Positions 30,885 to 50,298 are shown, counted from the stretch's first letter. The stretch is 64,000 bases of DNA from the human T2T-CHM13v2.0 reference genome, Homo sapiens (GCF_009914755.1 NC_060947.1); one strand, 5' to 3'. The notes: generated by a model from the letters alone, not told the origin. Numbers and translations: made by a program.

Positions 30885-31465
30885 AAAATGTATATTCCAA
30901 TAAGAGGAAGTTTGTAGTCTTATATTCTTATTGCTCAGCAAATTGTACATTAAGGGCATATTGAATATTCCATAAAATATTTTTCACTAATTTAATTACT
31001 AGTAATCATGTAAAGCCAAAACATAAACATTCACAGGGCTTCCTGGTGATCTATTTCCTCATATTTTTTCCTCCTCATTATTTGCCTCATAATGTTTTGA
31101 ACACATCCACTGTCTTCAATAAGCTTCCCTTACAACATCAAATGTGATTTCACCTATTTTCCCCTATTCACTTCCAACAGAGATTTTAGTTGGTTATCAG
31201 ATCCTGTTGTGGCTGACAGGCATTAGAAATAGAAAATTATCAAGTTACTTGAGGCCATGAAATTGAGGGCCAAACACAGATTTCCAAAAAGCTTGCTGTT
31301 TTCGATATGGTTATGTCTTCAGCCCACATCCTGTCATGCTAGGGCAGTTTTCCATTTACAGAAGCAAGTGGCTGTAAGGTTTTGTGGTAGTCAGGTAGAT
31401 GTCACAGCGCAAACAGGAATTAACTCAATACGTATAAAAGAGAAAGCTTTCGAAAAGAAGTTTAA

Positions 31466-31800
31466 GGCCGGGTGCAGTGACTCAACGCCTGTAATCCCAG
31501 CACTTTCGGAGGCAGAGGTGGGCGGATCACCTGAGGTCAGGAGTTCAAGACCAGCCTGGCCAACATGGTGAAACCCCGTCTCTACTAAAAATACAAAAAT
31601 TAGCTGGCTGTGGTGGCGGATGCCTGTAATCCCAGCTACTCGGGAGGCTGAGGCAGAAGAATCTCTTTAACTCAGGAGGCGGAGGTTGCAGTGAGCCGAG
31701 ATGGCATCATTGCACTCCAGCCTCGGCAACAAGAACGAAGCTCTGTCCCCCCCCCCCCCCCAACACACACAAAAAAAACAGCAACAACAACAAAAAACAA
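31466..31800 (+). mobile_element. AluSq/Sx with C-run and CA/CAA-type tail
   Basis: Alu consensus; tail begins with a poly-C run. Confidence 0.92.
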
Positions 31801-32685
31801 AGTTTGTGTATAATACATGCCAAGAGGGTAGGAATAAAATACCATTTGCTGTCAAGATATATTTCTAAACAAGTTTATTAGGAAGGCAGTAGCAGATATG
31901 AAAAAAAAATAGGATAGGGCACTGGAAATAATAAATTTAAATCAGCATTTTTTTAAATTTAGAAATTCATAATCTCCAACCAACAGAACTAATACTTAAG
32001 TATAATTTCCATGGTAATGATTATTTAAAACCCCATATTGACTATGAATTTATAGATGGTGATTCCATATGCAAAAAAGCAAACTTGCATTTATAATAGA
32101 AATGAGAACAAAGCAACAGAATGTGTAATATGTTGAAGGAGTCATTAACTTTAGTGGAGGACAGTCAAGTTCCTAAAGATTCATTTATTTATTCATTCAT
32201 TCAGCAAAAAAATAGAATTATTTAGTTCAGGTTATAATTCCAGATTCTTTATAAATTAATAATGACTTTAAATGCATGTGAATTTCATAGTACTGTATAT
32301 TTTTTTATCTAGGAATATTTTTCCTTAAATGATACTATTCTCCGAATTTAATAAAGTACCATTTCTACTGATAGATTATGACTTTTAAAAAATTGGTTTA
32401 TAATTAAGGAAAATATGAATAAAAAGGACAAGCTGATTGATTCATTAAGAGGCAAAATTATGCTAGATATTGTATCAACAATATATTGTTTTACTAACAA
32501 TAAAACTAATGTTTCCATTAACTAAAATAAATAATTAGAATGACTACCATTTTTGAAATACGTAGAACAAATAACAAATTTTAGTGCATTTAATCCCTAT
32601 TTTAATTTTATTAGGTTTTTTTTTTCAGTTCTACTTTACATACAAGCAAACATGCTGAGCTAAGCTAATACAAAATAATACATTT

Positions 32686-33004
32686 TCTGTTGCTGTTGTT
32701 TGTCTTCTGTTTTTTGAGACGAAGTATCCCTCTGTCACCTGTCACCTAGGCTGTAGTGCAGTGGCATGATCTTGGCTCACTGTAACCTCTGCCTCTCGGT
32801 TTCAAGGGATTCTTTTGCCTCAGCACCCCCGAGTAGCTGGGATTAAAGGCATGTGCCACCAGGCCGGCTAATTTTTGTATTTTTAGTACAGACGGGGTTT
32901 CACTATGTTGGCCAGGCTGGTCTCAAACTCCTGATCTCAGGTGATCGGACCGCCTCAGCCTGCCAAAGTGCTGGGATTACAGGCATGATCCACCGTGCTG
33001 GGCC
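32686..33004 (-). mobile_element. AluSx-like
   Basis: Alu consensus; TSD ca(a/g)aataa(t/c)acattt. Confidence 0.9.
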
Positions 33005-33032
33005 CAGAATAACACATTTAAGAAGTGATTTT

Positions 33033-33378
<346 letters not shown>

Positions 33379-34744
33379 TTAAACCTAAGTCTGTTCAATT
33401 TTAAAACTTGTAATCTTAAATAAAAATTATATTTAGAATTATAGTATCAATTTTGTTGGCCAGTTAAAATTTTAATAAAGTAGATATATATGCAATTTGT
33501 ACTATCAGCTATAGATGGCTTGTTTGACCACATTTTAATGTGTTACATATTTTCATTTAGTATAGTTCATCCTGGAATATTAAGTTCCCTAGATCAACCA
33601 CTTTTTAATATATACTCATGCTATTGTTTTGAAAATTAGAGATAACTGTTTAGCTTTAACATAAGGCTTTAGACTGGTTAACTAGTAGTGTCCATTCAGG
33701 TCCCTGCTGGTTTCTGTTTGAAATCAAGGCCAATAATAACGGTCTTAAAGAGGATTATTGGAAAAGTTAAGATGTGAACCTTCTTGCTCAACAAAGAATG
33801 CAAGCAAAATTGTCTTAATCTAGAACAGTTTGAAAACACTATCTTAGTCTATTAGTGTATTTTTTCAGTCCGGTTTGTTTCTTCTGCTTCTTTAAATCAT
33901 AGTTGTTTTTCTGGATGAACTTCATTATAATCTGGAAATTCACATTGACATTTCTCCCAGAAAGCCAAATAAAGCACACATTTAGAAAGCCTAAGTACAG
34001 CATCTAAAGCTTCCTTGACCATTATAACTGAATAACAGCCGTGTAGTGTAGTGCTAAAAAAAAAAAAATTATTCCAGTTACATGGTTCAGTCTCTTGAGA
34101 TTTAGAGGTAGCCAATTATGGCCCACAGGCCAGACAAGTGACTGATCGTTGTCTGAAAACAACGACGAAGTGGGGAGGTGAAAAAGATTTACGGTTTTTT
34201 TTCCCCTTACAGGTAGATGTTGTTTGAAATAATGAGATTTAAAACGCTAATGCAGAGCTTTGATCTCTTCTTTGATGTTTCTTGCCTGTTGTCTATATGA
34301 AATATAGTCAGTTAAAATAAAAAGCCAGAGAATAGTTTCTACTCACTAATGATTAATAAAAACTGCTTGGCAAATGCAATCTTGCACATTGACAAATGAA
34401 AACAGAATAGGATGCCCAACAATGGTTTAAAAAAAAAAAAGGTTTTTTTGTTTGTTTCTTTGTTTGTTTACATTGCCACAGTACACTGCTCTTTGTTCCC
34501 TGACCCTGCAAGCTCTCACCGGGTGACTTCGACTTTGCACCTACTTTTCTCTTTTTTAGAATGCCCTCTCTCACATGTTACCACTAGAGAAACAATCACG
34601 TGTGCTTCAAGGCCAAATCAAAAATTTCCTCTTCAGTCCTTTGGACTGAGAGAGTTATGCCCAATTTCACAGCATATGGTACAAGCCTCTGTTATTTTTC
34701 TGTACCATGGTATTATATGTACTTGCCTGTGTCTCTTCTAGATA

Positions 34745-35200
34745 TGGGGTCCTTAACTATTTTTGTGCTATGGATCCCTTTGGCATCTGGTGAAGCATAT
34801 GGAACACTTCCCAGACTGTTTTCAAATGTGCAAAATGAAAACTAAAAGCATATAAAAAACAAAGGAAATTAATTATATTGCAATTGTAAAATACTGAATA
34901 TAATACTATTATATGCTATTAATACATTAGTTATAAGCATAATAATTAATATAAATTAAAAGTAGTGATTAGTATACTAACCACTGGTATATATTAACAT
35001 ATGATTTTTCAAGATATCCAAAACAACTAGGATTTGATATAAAAATATTGGTAATAAATTCACAGATATTGCTAATACCGTTCTGTGTTGCTTATCTTCA
35101 TAAAGGGAAAGAAATGCAAATTTTCAGTTACAGGTTAGTGAAAATAAAGATGTAATTTTTTTCCTATCATGGTTCATGGACCCCAGATTAAGGACACTGT
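34745..35200. mobile_element. hAT-Charlie DNA transposon relic (MER119-like)
   Basis: ggggtccttaac...tgctatggatccctttggcatctggtgaagc... and end catggaccccagattaaggacactg (degenerate TIRs). Confidence 0.55.
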
Positions 35201-36035
35201 ATTTTGACTGTATGGCTTCAAGGGCAGAGTTTTTATTTGTTCATCTTTGTGTCTTTAGTACAGAACAGAACCATGGGCACAATCCAAGCCTATTGAATGG
35301 TGGCCGAATTGTGTATTGAAGGTTCAAATGTCAGTTCTATCACTGCCCTTATCACATCACAAGAGAGAAATTTGATGTTCATTAAAATTAATAATTTTAA
35401 AAAACATTTTAATTAAAATATTTATTATAATTAAAATCTGATAAACTTGTCAATGGGTATGATACATGGCACTGTGTATATTCTTTTGCTTATACACAGA
35501 TGCTTGAAAATTAAAATTAAAAAGCTACTGCAACTAAGCACTCAGCAATTGTCATATTTTTCTCCACTTTTCCCTAAGTCAATAGGCAACCATGAAGTTG
35601 ACAATGTTGCTGATAACATTGTCATACTCAACATCATTTCCCACAAAGCTTAAACCTCTACAGAAACTCAGCAGTCCCTACAACACATCCTTGAAGAATG
35701 AGAGGGGTGTCAATAATTTCAGCTGCTCAAATGGAAGGCTCTGACATCAAGGAATATTAAGTGGCACATTGAAGGGAATTCTACTATTAAGTAATGAAGG
35801 TGAGGAAAACAATTTCTCAATCCACGGTTATTTCTTTGTTATACTAAGAACAGTGCCCAATACTTATGGAACAAAATAAGCCTATCATTTGGACGTCTCC
35901 TATCAGCCTGAAGCCTGATGTCATATAAACCAATAATCTGTGATTGAATTTTTCAGCTTTCAGTGTTTTATTTTTAGCATAATATTTGGTATTGCCATAC
36001 ATGACTTATTATTCTGTTCAATTTAATCAAATTAG

Positions 36036-36386
<351 letters not shown>

Positions 36387-36537
36387 TAATGTGTTTTAAT
36401 GACATAATTCCAACAACCATATAACTATATTAGTACAAAAAGCAACTACATGAAATAAAAATCTCAATTGTTTGCCAAATGGATACAAATAATATATATT
36501 ACATATATTATATATAACATGCATATAATAAAATACA

Positions 36538-36858
36538 CAGTAGTCTGCCTCTTATCCATGGTTTTGGTTACCCATGATCAACTGCAGTCCAAAAATAGAT
36601 GAGTACAGTACAATAAGATATTTTGAGAGATAGAGACCACATTCACATAACTTTTATCACAGTATATTGTTATAATTGTTCTAATATTAGTTATTGTTGT
36701 TAATCTCTTATGGTTCCTAATGTATATATTAAACTTTGTTATATGTGTATGTATATAAGAAACATAATATATACATAAGGTTTGGTATTATCCACAGTTT
36801 CAGGCATCCACCAGGGGTCTTAGAACACGTATCCCTACAGATAAGGGGAGATTAATTA
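36538..36858. mobile_element. TcMar-Tigger MITE (MER44A-like)
   Basis: cagtagtctgcctcttatcc...gataaggggaga terminal inverted motifs; gagagaccacattcacataactttt core. Confidence 0.7.
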
Positions 36859-37268
36859 TTTCTACCATTACAGAATTAAAATGAGTCTGTGTTAATCTTC
36901 CTATTCAAAAATTATTTCTAATTCAGAGAAATTCAAAGAGAGTCTATAACGCTATGCGGTTTATTGACATTAAAGACATTAATAGTTAATTGCTTGAAGA
37001 AGAAAATAGACTTTTTCAGTAATAATAACAAATTTGCAGCATAATTGGAAGTGTACCGTCCTATCCCCCTTTGAACTATAAAATAATATTTTGGTAAAAT
37101 ATGGTGAAGGATCCTTACAGTGTATCTTGATCATAGTCCTCCTGAGTTATAATTATCTACATTATTATACTAAAATTGTGGCTCTTCCTCATAAGATATT
37201 AATATATTCACTATATGAAATTAACTAATTGCATAGCTCCAATAAAATATTAACTTATTCAACTGTTA

Positions 37269-37449
<181 letters not shown>

Positions 37450-37529
37450 AGTAAAAATATTAATTGCATACAAAAAAGAAATATGCTGGATACCGTCCAT
37501 TGTATTAGCAATTTCAAGGCTAAACATTA

Positions 37530-37895
<366 letters not shown>

Positions 37896-38514
37896 TAGTT
37901 TTTGATGTAAAAATTTTAGAGTTCTTGATCTTTGAATGAAGTTGGTCTCCCAATAAATTTCAAACGAATAAGAAACATTAGATTTGTTTCCTTCTGGCTC
38001 TAGTATATAGGAAAGACATTTGCAAAGCAGGTATTCCAAAATATGAGGCAAAATCATCATTCTTGCCCCCCACCAAAAAAATCTTCTAGCAACTGTTGTA
38101 ACACAGAGCCATTATAATGTAATTAGACAGACTAAGAACCAGATGCTAAGGAAGCAAAATATAAAAGATGAAGCATGATATTATTTTGGTTAATGAATTT
38201 AATTCCAAATGTTACAGGAGTGATTCATGGACTTTTTTTTTCCCAAAAGATCAGTTGTCACATGTACATATTGCATTTTAACATGATGTTTATGTAATCT
38301 AATGAGAAAAGTAAATTCTCATGTAATATTAGATGTTTCGAAATGGATAAACTGCAGACACTTCCACGGGTAGATGAATAATTCGTCAATAGTGATAAAT
38401 TAATCTTTAAACTTACCCCTCGAAATGGTTAAGAGTTAGGTTATACTATAAATGTAATATAATTCCATAAAAATAACCAAGACAAAAAATACTTTAGAAA
38501 TATTGAAAATATAA

Positions 38515-38892
<378 letters not shown>

Positions 38893-39984
38893 TAATTCTT
38901 AAAATTCAACTTAAAAATTACTCCAAGAAATGTGTAGGTAAAAGTCAAAACACTTTAGTAAATCCACATTTTGTATTTCCATTTATAGTAACCTCTAGTG
39001 CTCATTATTTTGAAGATAAAACTTTCTTATACAGTAAGCTTTTTAAAATGTGAGACCAAATCAAACAACAAGAGCGTAATGAAAAACGATAGAAGGAAAA
39101 CAACTAAAATAAGAACCTCCTAGCTCAGATTTATTCTAAAAAGTTGAAAATAAATATAATGTAGAAGTTATTATTATGAAAACATAAATAATAATATTTT
39201 TTCATAGATAGTAACACTAGCTTTACTCTGAAAGTAGAATCTGTGCTTCATTAATAGTGCCTGTGTTTAACACTTTGATAACTCACCATACAGAAGTATA
39301 GCCTCAGTGTTCCCAGATTCCTGTTCCTAGGGATGAATGATCACATTAGGAAGGTACATTCCTGTTAATTTGGCTAAATCTGCCAGCCCAAATCATAAAG
39401 TTCTCCTAAAGATGCTCTATCTCAAGAGCAAACACTTAGGAAAATTGTTAATGTTTATAACAAGGCAATCAACATCTCATTTAAATATTCAGAAATTGAT
39501 CCTTCCACTTCATACTTTCAGTTAGGATGAGCATTGAAAACATGTAGTAAAGCACAACCTCAGCATTCATAATGAATATGATAAGAACAAGCCTTTTCTC
39601 ATTCATGTTTACTACCAAACATCTGTTGAATAAACTACTTAATCCTTACAAACATAACCAGATTATTTTCAGCAACAATACAAACTCTATAGTGATAACA
39701 GCTGGTCCTTTACTTTCTTCAGGGATATACACTCCACATATATTTCATTTCTTCTCAAGTTAAGTGACAAAAAGCTAAAATGGATTGTGATGCAGTCAAA
39801 GCCACGAATGACACAGTTTTCTACCATAGACAAGGGGATAATTTTTTTTTTCTTTCAATGTAAGCCACAAGTGTAATGGGGGGATCTCCTAAACGAAAGG
39901 CATTATGGTAGGGGGAGGTTCCTTTTCAAGACCACGCCTAAACTACTGATAAATATGATAAATATATGGTTGTAAAAGACAACA

Positions 39985-40282
39985 TTTCTTTTTTTTTTTT
40001 TCGAGATGGAGTCTCGCTCTGTGGCCCAGGCTGGAGCTCAGTGGCGTGGTCTCGGCTCACTGCAAGCTCCGCCTCCCGGGTTCACGCCATTCTCCTGCCT
40101 CAGCCTCCTGAGTAGCTGGGACTACAGGCGCCCGCAACCACGCCCGGCTAATTTTTTGTATTTTTAGTAGATACGGGGTTTGTATCACTGTGTTAGCCAG
40201 GATGGTCTCGATCTCCTGACCTCGTGATCCGCCGGCCTCCCAAAGTGCTGGGATTACAGGCGTGAGCCACTGCGCCCGGCCA
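39985..40282 (-). mobile_element. AluY
   Basis: gcaagctccgcctcccgggttcacgccattc diagnostics; TSD aaaaga(c/a)aac(a/g)tttct. Confidence 0.92.
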
Positions 40283-40371
40283 AAAGAAAACGTTTCTATG
40301 AACACAATATTACTTATACAATATTTAAAAACATATTATTTGATGCTCAATGTTTTATAAACAATGATTCA

Positions 40372-40974
<603 letters not shown>

Positions 40975-41629
40975 TGCAGAGCTACTGAGGTATTTACAAA
41001 GAAATATAAAGCACAGCACGTGCTCTCAGGAAATCTATAAAAAAGTTAAAAAGTTATGGAATCAAAGATAATCCACAGGAAATAATTAGCAAGCAATTAT
41101 GTCGATAACTGGGTAGAAATAACTATGTGGAACAAAAGTTCATAGAAAAAAGAGGTGTTTCAAGCCGTTAGAGAAAGTGTTGTGGTAACTAGGACTTGAA
41201 TTGAATTTTTGAAGATGGGAATGCTTTAGAACCAAAAGTCGATGGAGGAAAAAGATTCCAGAAAGGGGGAATCAGACTAGAAAAGCAAGAATAAATGAGC
41301 TGGCCTGTATAGGAGAGAGAATATTTTATGCAGAGTATATAGATAAAGTAACACAGTTCAAACCCTTAAAAGTGTATAGCCAGCATAGTTTTCTGCCAGG
41401 ATTCATACTGCTCTCAAATCAGAAGATACTCTACTAGATTTAAGAATTACATAGTCAATCAGCTGAAAGCCTTGGAACTTTCGGCTACATAGTCATTAAA
41501 AACACTACTATTATAGCTCAATTTCACCAGGCCACATTATATATATATATATTTTTTAACATAATGTACACAATACATATATACAATTTTGCCAATTAAA
41601 CTTGTTTTTCAAAAAGTAACTCATTTTAT

Positions 41630-42002
41630 CTAAAGAAGTTAAGCTCATCAAAGCAAAGTGGAACAGTGGTAGCCAGTAACTGGGGATGGAAAAAAATGGG
41701 GAAATGCTGGTCGAAGGATAGAAACTCTCAGTTATAAGATGAGTAAGCTCTGGGGATCTAATGTACAGCATGTTGACTATAGTTAATAGTACTCTGTTGT
41801 TACTTGAAATTTGCTAAGAGAGATCTTAAGTGTTCTCATCATAAAAAATTATAATGGCAACTATGTGAGGTGAAGGATATATTAATTAACTTGATTGTGA
41901 TAATCATTTCAGAATGTATATGTATCAAATCATCATATTGTACACCTTGAATATACCCAATCGCCATTTGTCAATTATACCTCAATAAAGCTGGGGGAAA
42001 AG
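41630..42002 (+). mobile_element. L1M (L1MA/MB-type) 3' UTR fragment
   Basis: gttataagatgagtaagctctggggatctaatgtacagcatg...gtcaattatacctcaataaagctgg. Confidence 0.82.
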
Positions 42003-42523
42003 GTACCTCATATTTATTATTACGTTTTATTGTTATAACACATATATTTTATCTCATTTGACCCTTGAAGTAACTGAACCTAAAAAGCAGTATTTTTAGA
42101 TATGAAAACTGAGGCCCATTGAGGATTAATGATTCTCAAAGCCACAGGGTAAGCAGTAAAGTTACAACTCCTCTCATGTGTCCTGATTACAAATCATTAC
42201 CTAACGTCTGTAATTTCCTTGCATCATCGAGAACCTGAAACTTTTATCATAAAAACATTTCTAGGAAATCTGGTACCATACGCTAATCAACTATGGAAAG
42301 AAAATCCATTTTTAAAGGAGTATCTCAACTTGTTGCAATTTGCACATAAAATATCCTTTGTCTCATATACTACGGGACAAAACAGAAGCAGAAACAATGA
42401 AATAGGTTCACCATTAGAGATCTGACTAGTCTTGAAATGCAGACAATTCAGGTCATTAGTCATGGAGTCCTAAGGGGAAAAAGCATGCCTGATTCCACAC
42501 TAGTAAAGCCAGAAGCTATCTAA

Positions 42524-42882
<359 letters not shown>

Positions 42883-43879
42883 AAGACTCTTGCTTGAGTA
42901 ATTTAAAGGGATGTGACACAGTCTGAATAGTAATTGGTTATTTAATAATCCTGCCTGCAGTGGCAACATAAGCTTGCTTTACTCTTAAGCACTGGATAGG
43001 ACAAACTGTCTTACTCAGTCCTAGGAAAAGAAACATTCATCTGAACAAAAGATTTAAAGTCGACCTGATGTGAAATCCTGAAATACATTTTGAAAATGAA
43101 TGGATTAGCGATAAAATTAATGAGAAGACTAAAGTCTCTGAAATGAAACATTTTTGGCATGTGATAACCTGATATGCTCCCCTCAAAAGTCCCTTGGAAT
43201 TAGCCTAGCTATCTCAGCATAGCTTTTCTTACATCATGGGTATTACATTAGCCAAGCCAACTTGTCTATTTGTCCTTGTCTCACATCACTTTTCACCCTC
43301 AACTTTTACTCCATTTATGCCAATCTCCTTATCCACAGCAAGATGCTACTTTGACTTTTTGGCCTTTCTCAGCATGCTTCTTCACCACTGTGGAAGAGCT
43401 TCCCAGTACAACTACTACTACTGCCAACCACAACCTCCATATCTGACACTAAATCCTTGCCTACTAAACTGCTCATTATCTTTAAAATTGGCATCACTCA
43501 CTTCTACTTCACACATCCACTGTTCGATATCCAGCCAAGCCTGGACTCTGACTGATCACTTCAGTGCTACATACAAAGACACCTTAGACTTTACTTCCTT
43601 GAACTTTATTGAACATCTTTACTTCCTTGAACACATTGTATATATAATAGAGAAGGAGGCATATAACATGACATATGTCAAAAATATGTCATATATGTCA
43701 TATATATGTTTTATATATATATATACACACACACACATATAAAATGAGCTCAAGGAAGTAAAGAATTGTAAGTATTGTCTTCTTTCTCCAATACCTACTC
43801 CTCTTTGCTAAGGCATCAGATGATGTTGTTTGTGACTCAGTAAATCACTATTATCCACCATCAACTGAACCATGCTGTT

Positions 43880-44320
43880 ACTCTTTCCCATTAGTTTATT
43901 CCGCAAATACATATTAAGCTACTACTGCGTGACTGACAATATGCATGTTAGTGTATATTCAGTGGCGATCAAGGCAGTTAGAGGATGGATGAGGAGAGCA
44001 TTCCAGGAAGAGGCAATAGCAGTACAGAGACTGGCATTTGAGAAATGGCAGCAGGTCAGTATGGCTGAAATGCAGCAAGACTGCAGAAGAAAAGGAAGAA
44101 AAATGAAGTGTGGGTCTTGGTAAAGATATTGGACGCATCAGAGCAGTAACGAATTTTAATCAGAGATTGACACAACCTGGTTTATGTTTTTAAAAGCTCA
44201 ACCTTTAGGCCATGTAGAGTATGGAGTGAGTAGAAAAGGACAAAAGCACAAGTGGCAAAGATGAGTTGGGGGATTATTGTAGTATCTAAGGGTAAATTAG
44301 ACTAGGATGGAAACAAAATA
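43880..44320 (-). mobile_element. L2 fragment (diverged)
   Basis: tttattccgcaaatacatattaagctactact...ggagagcattccaggaagaggcaatagc L2-like motifs. Confidence 0.5.
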
Positions 44321-44596
44321 TATGGATGATATATGTCCATTTTCTCTGCTGTTCCATGAGCCTTTTCTTCACTTACTGGGCTATCTGGTCCATCTCCCAT
44401 AACCAGTCTTCTAACCCTTCCTATTGATTTGCAGGTTCACTAACTGTTTCCTTTCGATCCACCTCCTGTTCACTTTTAGGTACTAAACAGAGTGAAGTCA
44501 TCCCGTGTGAGTTTCCTCACCCTCCCTCCCTCTAACATCTTAAGTGCCTTTGCCCTGTTTTGTTTAAGCATGTGAAACAATTTCTCGCTAACCTTC

Positions 44597-44990
44597 TGTG
44601 TTACTTTAGATTCTCCCCAGACAGACACTGAGGCAAGGATTTGAGGTGCAGGTACACAGTTTATCTGGCAATTGATTACAAAAAGTACAAGTGAGAGGAA
44701 AGAGAAAGTGAGATTAGGAAAGGTAAGGAGGCAATCAAAGGTGTGTCAATGAGCACATTATTCTGGGGCTCAGTCCTGCTGGTGAATCTCTGAGAAGCTG
44801 TGAGGAACATGCCTCAGAATTATGCACCAGAAGATGAGATGGCTGCGTGCTTTTTTCAAGTACTTCCATCCCCTCGTAGTTAAAGGTCGCTTCTGGTGAC
44901 ATTAACACAACCCCTCATATTTCTGGCTTACTCCTGTTTATAGCAAAGCAAGATACTGCATGGAACTCGGGTGGGGAAAGAAATATGCGG
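44597..44990 (-). mobile_element. Old ERVL-type LTR remnant (LTR40/41-like)
   Basis: cagacactgaggcaaggatttgaggtgcagg...tttatctgg motif; diverged. Confidence 0.35.
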
Positions 44991-45043
44991 CAGAACATCA
45001 GCAACAACTTTTACATCTTCTTATCCCTTCAGGATCTTGTTTA

Positions 45044-45405
<362 letters not shown>

Positions 45406-45688
45406 CTATATACTGGATCTTATAAATCATCTAGTCCAACCCTATTATGTGAAGATTAGAAAACAAAGCATTCACATTATTCTATCGATTTTTGGAATGC
45501 TATTTGCAAACTTTTTTCTGGGCCCACTTAAATGTATAAGTTTTCCATATTTTATGTTGGTTAATAAGATTAAAACCAATTTTAATATCTTGACACCACA
45601 TTGCCATTTATCAATATGTACTACGTTTTTTACTGGTTCCTCAAATCTCAAATCTGTGCCAGCGTCTGTTGAATTTTTATAATTTTGA

Positions 45689-46017
<329 letters not shown>

Positions 46018-46415
46018 TAATTTGCAGACTTTTAAGAACAGGCTAATTTGAGACACAGAACCACAAAAGCTACTTATGTTCCAAAATGCTCTGCAGAATC
46101 TCTTTTTGCATGTGCTACGTATGGCCTTTGGGAGAAGTACATTTTTTGTAGTTGTTTTGTAGTTTTTTGAAATGACTAGAAATATTTTTAGGGCCCTAGA
46201 AACCTCCAAGGTAAGTGTTTAGAAATTGTGCTTCTAGGAATCTGTCAGTACTTTTGTAAACATTATCTGAAGCATAAGCATAAACAAATTTGAACAGCAG
46301 GCTAGCTCACACAGAAATGATTTTATTCATTGGAATGTTCTCACATGTGGTATACTTTATTTTTAGTTTGGTTTCATTTATGATTAATAATTATGATTCC
46401 AAAGGTGCTTAAATC

Positions 46416-46737
46416 AGCCGGCCATGGTGGTTCATGCCTGTAATCTCAACACTTTGGGAGGCCGAGATGGGCAGATCACTTGAGGTCAGGAGTTCGAGAC
46501 CAGCCTGGCCAACAGGGTGAAACCCCGTCTCTCCTAAAAATATAAAAATTAGTCAGGCACGGTGGTGCATGCCTGTAATCCCAGTTACTGAGGAGGCTCA
46601 GGCAGGAGAATTGCTTGAGCCTGGAGGTGGAGGTTGCAGGGAGCCGAGATTGCACCAGTGAGCTCCAGCCTGGGTGACAGAGTGAGACTCCGTCTCAAAA
46701 ACAAACAAACAAACAAACAAAAAACAAAAAACAAAAA
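46416..46737 (+). mobile_element. AluS with (CAAA)n tail
   Basis: Alu consensus; TSD caaaggtg. Confidence 0.92.
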
Positions 46738-47427
46738 TCAAAGGTGGTGAAATAATTTTGTTGAATATTTGGCACTGTCTACATTAATGCACACACTCAA
46801 TGTATATATTTTAACTTAATTTATACTTAAAATTGTATAAAATTATTTTAGTCAAAGAACCTAATGCAGCTTAGCCTTGATTGATAATTTCATTATCTTT
46901 AATTACATGGCAGAATTTCTCCTCATTACTCTTTAACCAAAAGGCTGTGGTAGAAATCATTGATGCTCATTTTTATTGGAAAGTAATTTTTCTAGATTTC
47001 CTGATAATTGAGTGATAACTTCAGCACTCCTTAGTCACTTTTCATTATGCAGACAAAATCTGACTCTTAACTTTCAAAAAAATATCTTACCATAATGTAT
47101 TTTCAAATAACATGAGTTTAATTAAAAAGAACTTTCCCACAGGTTCATGTTTAATCTTGGTTTGAGTCTTGAATATAGAGTGAAGCGAAGTACAACTTTT
47201 TCTGCTTTGGGCAAATTTAGAGCTGCTTGAAGAGATAAAAACAAGCGGGGACCTCCCTCTAAACCTTCCACTTCTCTTTCTCTCCCTCTCTCAACTGTGT
47301 TCCGAATGCTTTCTCTAAAACACAGAGGCTGAGTTTTGACTGGCTGGAAAAACATCAGTTTATTTCATGTTCTTCCTTTCTCCAGCTTCCATTTCAATTC
47401 CAAGTGTGGCCCAAAAGAAAAGATAGG

Positions 47428-47765
47428 AACTGCATAAGGATGTTTCAGTCAATGATAAACTGCATATACCGCAGTGGTCCCATTTGATTATAACACGGGA
47501 TTTTTACTGTACCTTCTAATGGTTAGATATGTTTTAGACATTGAAATATTTACCATTGTGCTACAGTTGCCTACAGTATTCAGTACAGTCACATGCTGTA
47601 CAGGTTTGTAGCCAAACAGAAATAGGATATACCATACAACCTAGGTCTGCACTACGCTATACCACGTAGGTTAGTGTAAGTACACTCTGTGACATTCACA
47701 CAACGATGAAATTACCTTAGTATGGATTGATCAGAATGTATCCCTGGTGTTAACACATAACTGTA
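47428..47765. mobile_element. TcMar-Tigger relic (Tigger3/MER7-like)
   Basis: tacagttgcctacagtattcagtacagtcacatgctgtacaggtttgtagcc...gtgtaagtacactctgtga. Confidence 0.75.
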
Positions 47766-47843
47766 TATATCCTGTGTGTGTTTGTGTGTCACTGAAGAGA
47801 TATGATTCCTTCACCATGAGGAATCAGAAAACTGAAAAGGTAA

Positions 47844-48188
<345 letters not shown>

Positions 48189-48354
48189 TCAAATGAGTTT
48201 TTTTTTTTTTTTTTCAGTCCAATATTAAAACAAACGAAAACCAGAATGCCTTTTGTTCTCACATTCAATTCATAATCTAATAGCTATCAGAATAAAATGT
48301 CATATTTATTATTCATTTGGAAGAAAACAAACAGCAGTAAAAATTGAAATAAAA

Positions 48355-49036
<682 letters not shown>

Positions 49037-49183
49037 TCACTCATCCATTTATTTAATTAATTTATTGAATTCCCATTACATTCCAAGCAGGTATTAACTA
49101 CTAAGGATTCAATGATGAAAGACAAGGTGTATAGGAGACCTAGTACGTACAGCCTTAGTTTCTTTTCTCAGATTTATGCTCTA

Positions 49184-49543
<360 letters not shown>

Positions 49544-50298
49544 TTAATGTCATAAATCTTATCTATGTTAATAATTATCAGTTGCTTTAATCATGAAAAC
49601 AAAAGGGAAAAACTGGCAAGTGAGCCAGGCTGAAATAATTCAATATAATATTTAAAGATTAGAAATATGGTACACTTGTTTTCTAAAGATCAGCTCCATC
49701 TTATCAAACTGGAATAACATCTGAATTAAAATAATGTGACATTGTCATCAAAGCTCTGATTATTGCTGAAGCATGTGATAGGTAGGACTGGCCAAAAATT
49801 AATACATTAGAAAAGTTAAATAAAAAATAATATATATTTCCTTGATATGTTTAATCAAAAACATGGAGAAAATAATTGTAATAAAAATGTCTACATCCTT
49901 AAAGGCATGTTCACCCCTAACTCTCAGTTACGAACATCTAGATTAAATTTCATTAAAAGTCAATTATCCATATTAAACATTTAATCTAAACGTTGCGCCC
50001 CATTAGAATACATCAAAAGCTTACATTTTACTAAAAGAAAGTGACTACAATGAATGAACATATAACTTTATAGCAAAGGTTATAATTTTTGAATGTTTGA
50101 CTTTAGTTGTTAACATTTTTAAAGACGTTCTAATTTTTTACGAAGCATTATAATTAAGCAAAATATCCAGTTTTTTCATAGTTTCAGTTTTCAAACTGTG
50201 GCTTTGGTAAGGTAAGTTGGAAAACATCTTAGTTTTAATGGCCCAAAAGGGGAGACTTTGATGTATAGTATAGATTCAAGTGCTTATCTCATGGATCA

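Noticed and set aside
43236-43742. Longest ORF in the track (168 aa)
   Set aside because: Antisense to DMD, overlaps L2-like and TA-rich low-complexity sequence, no domain-like features or splice support
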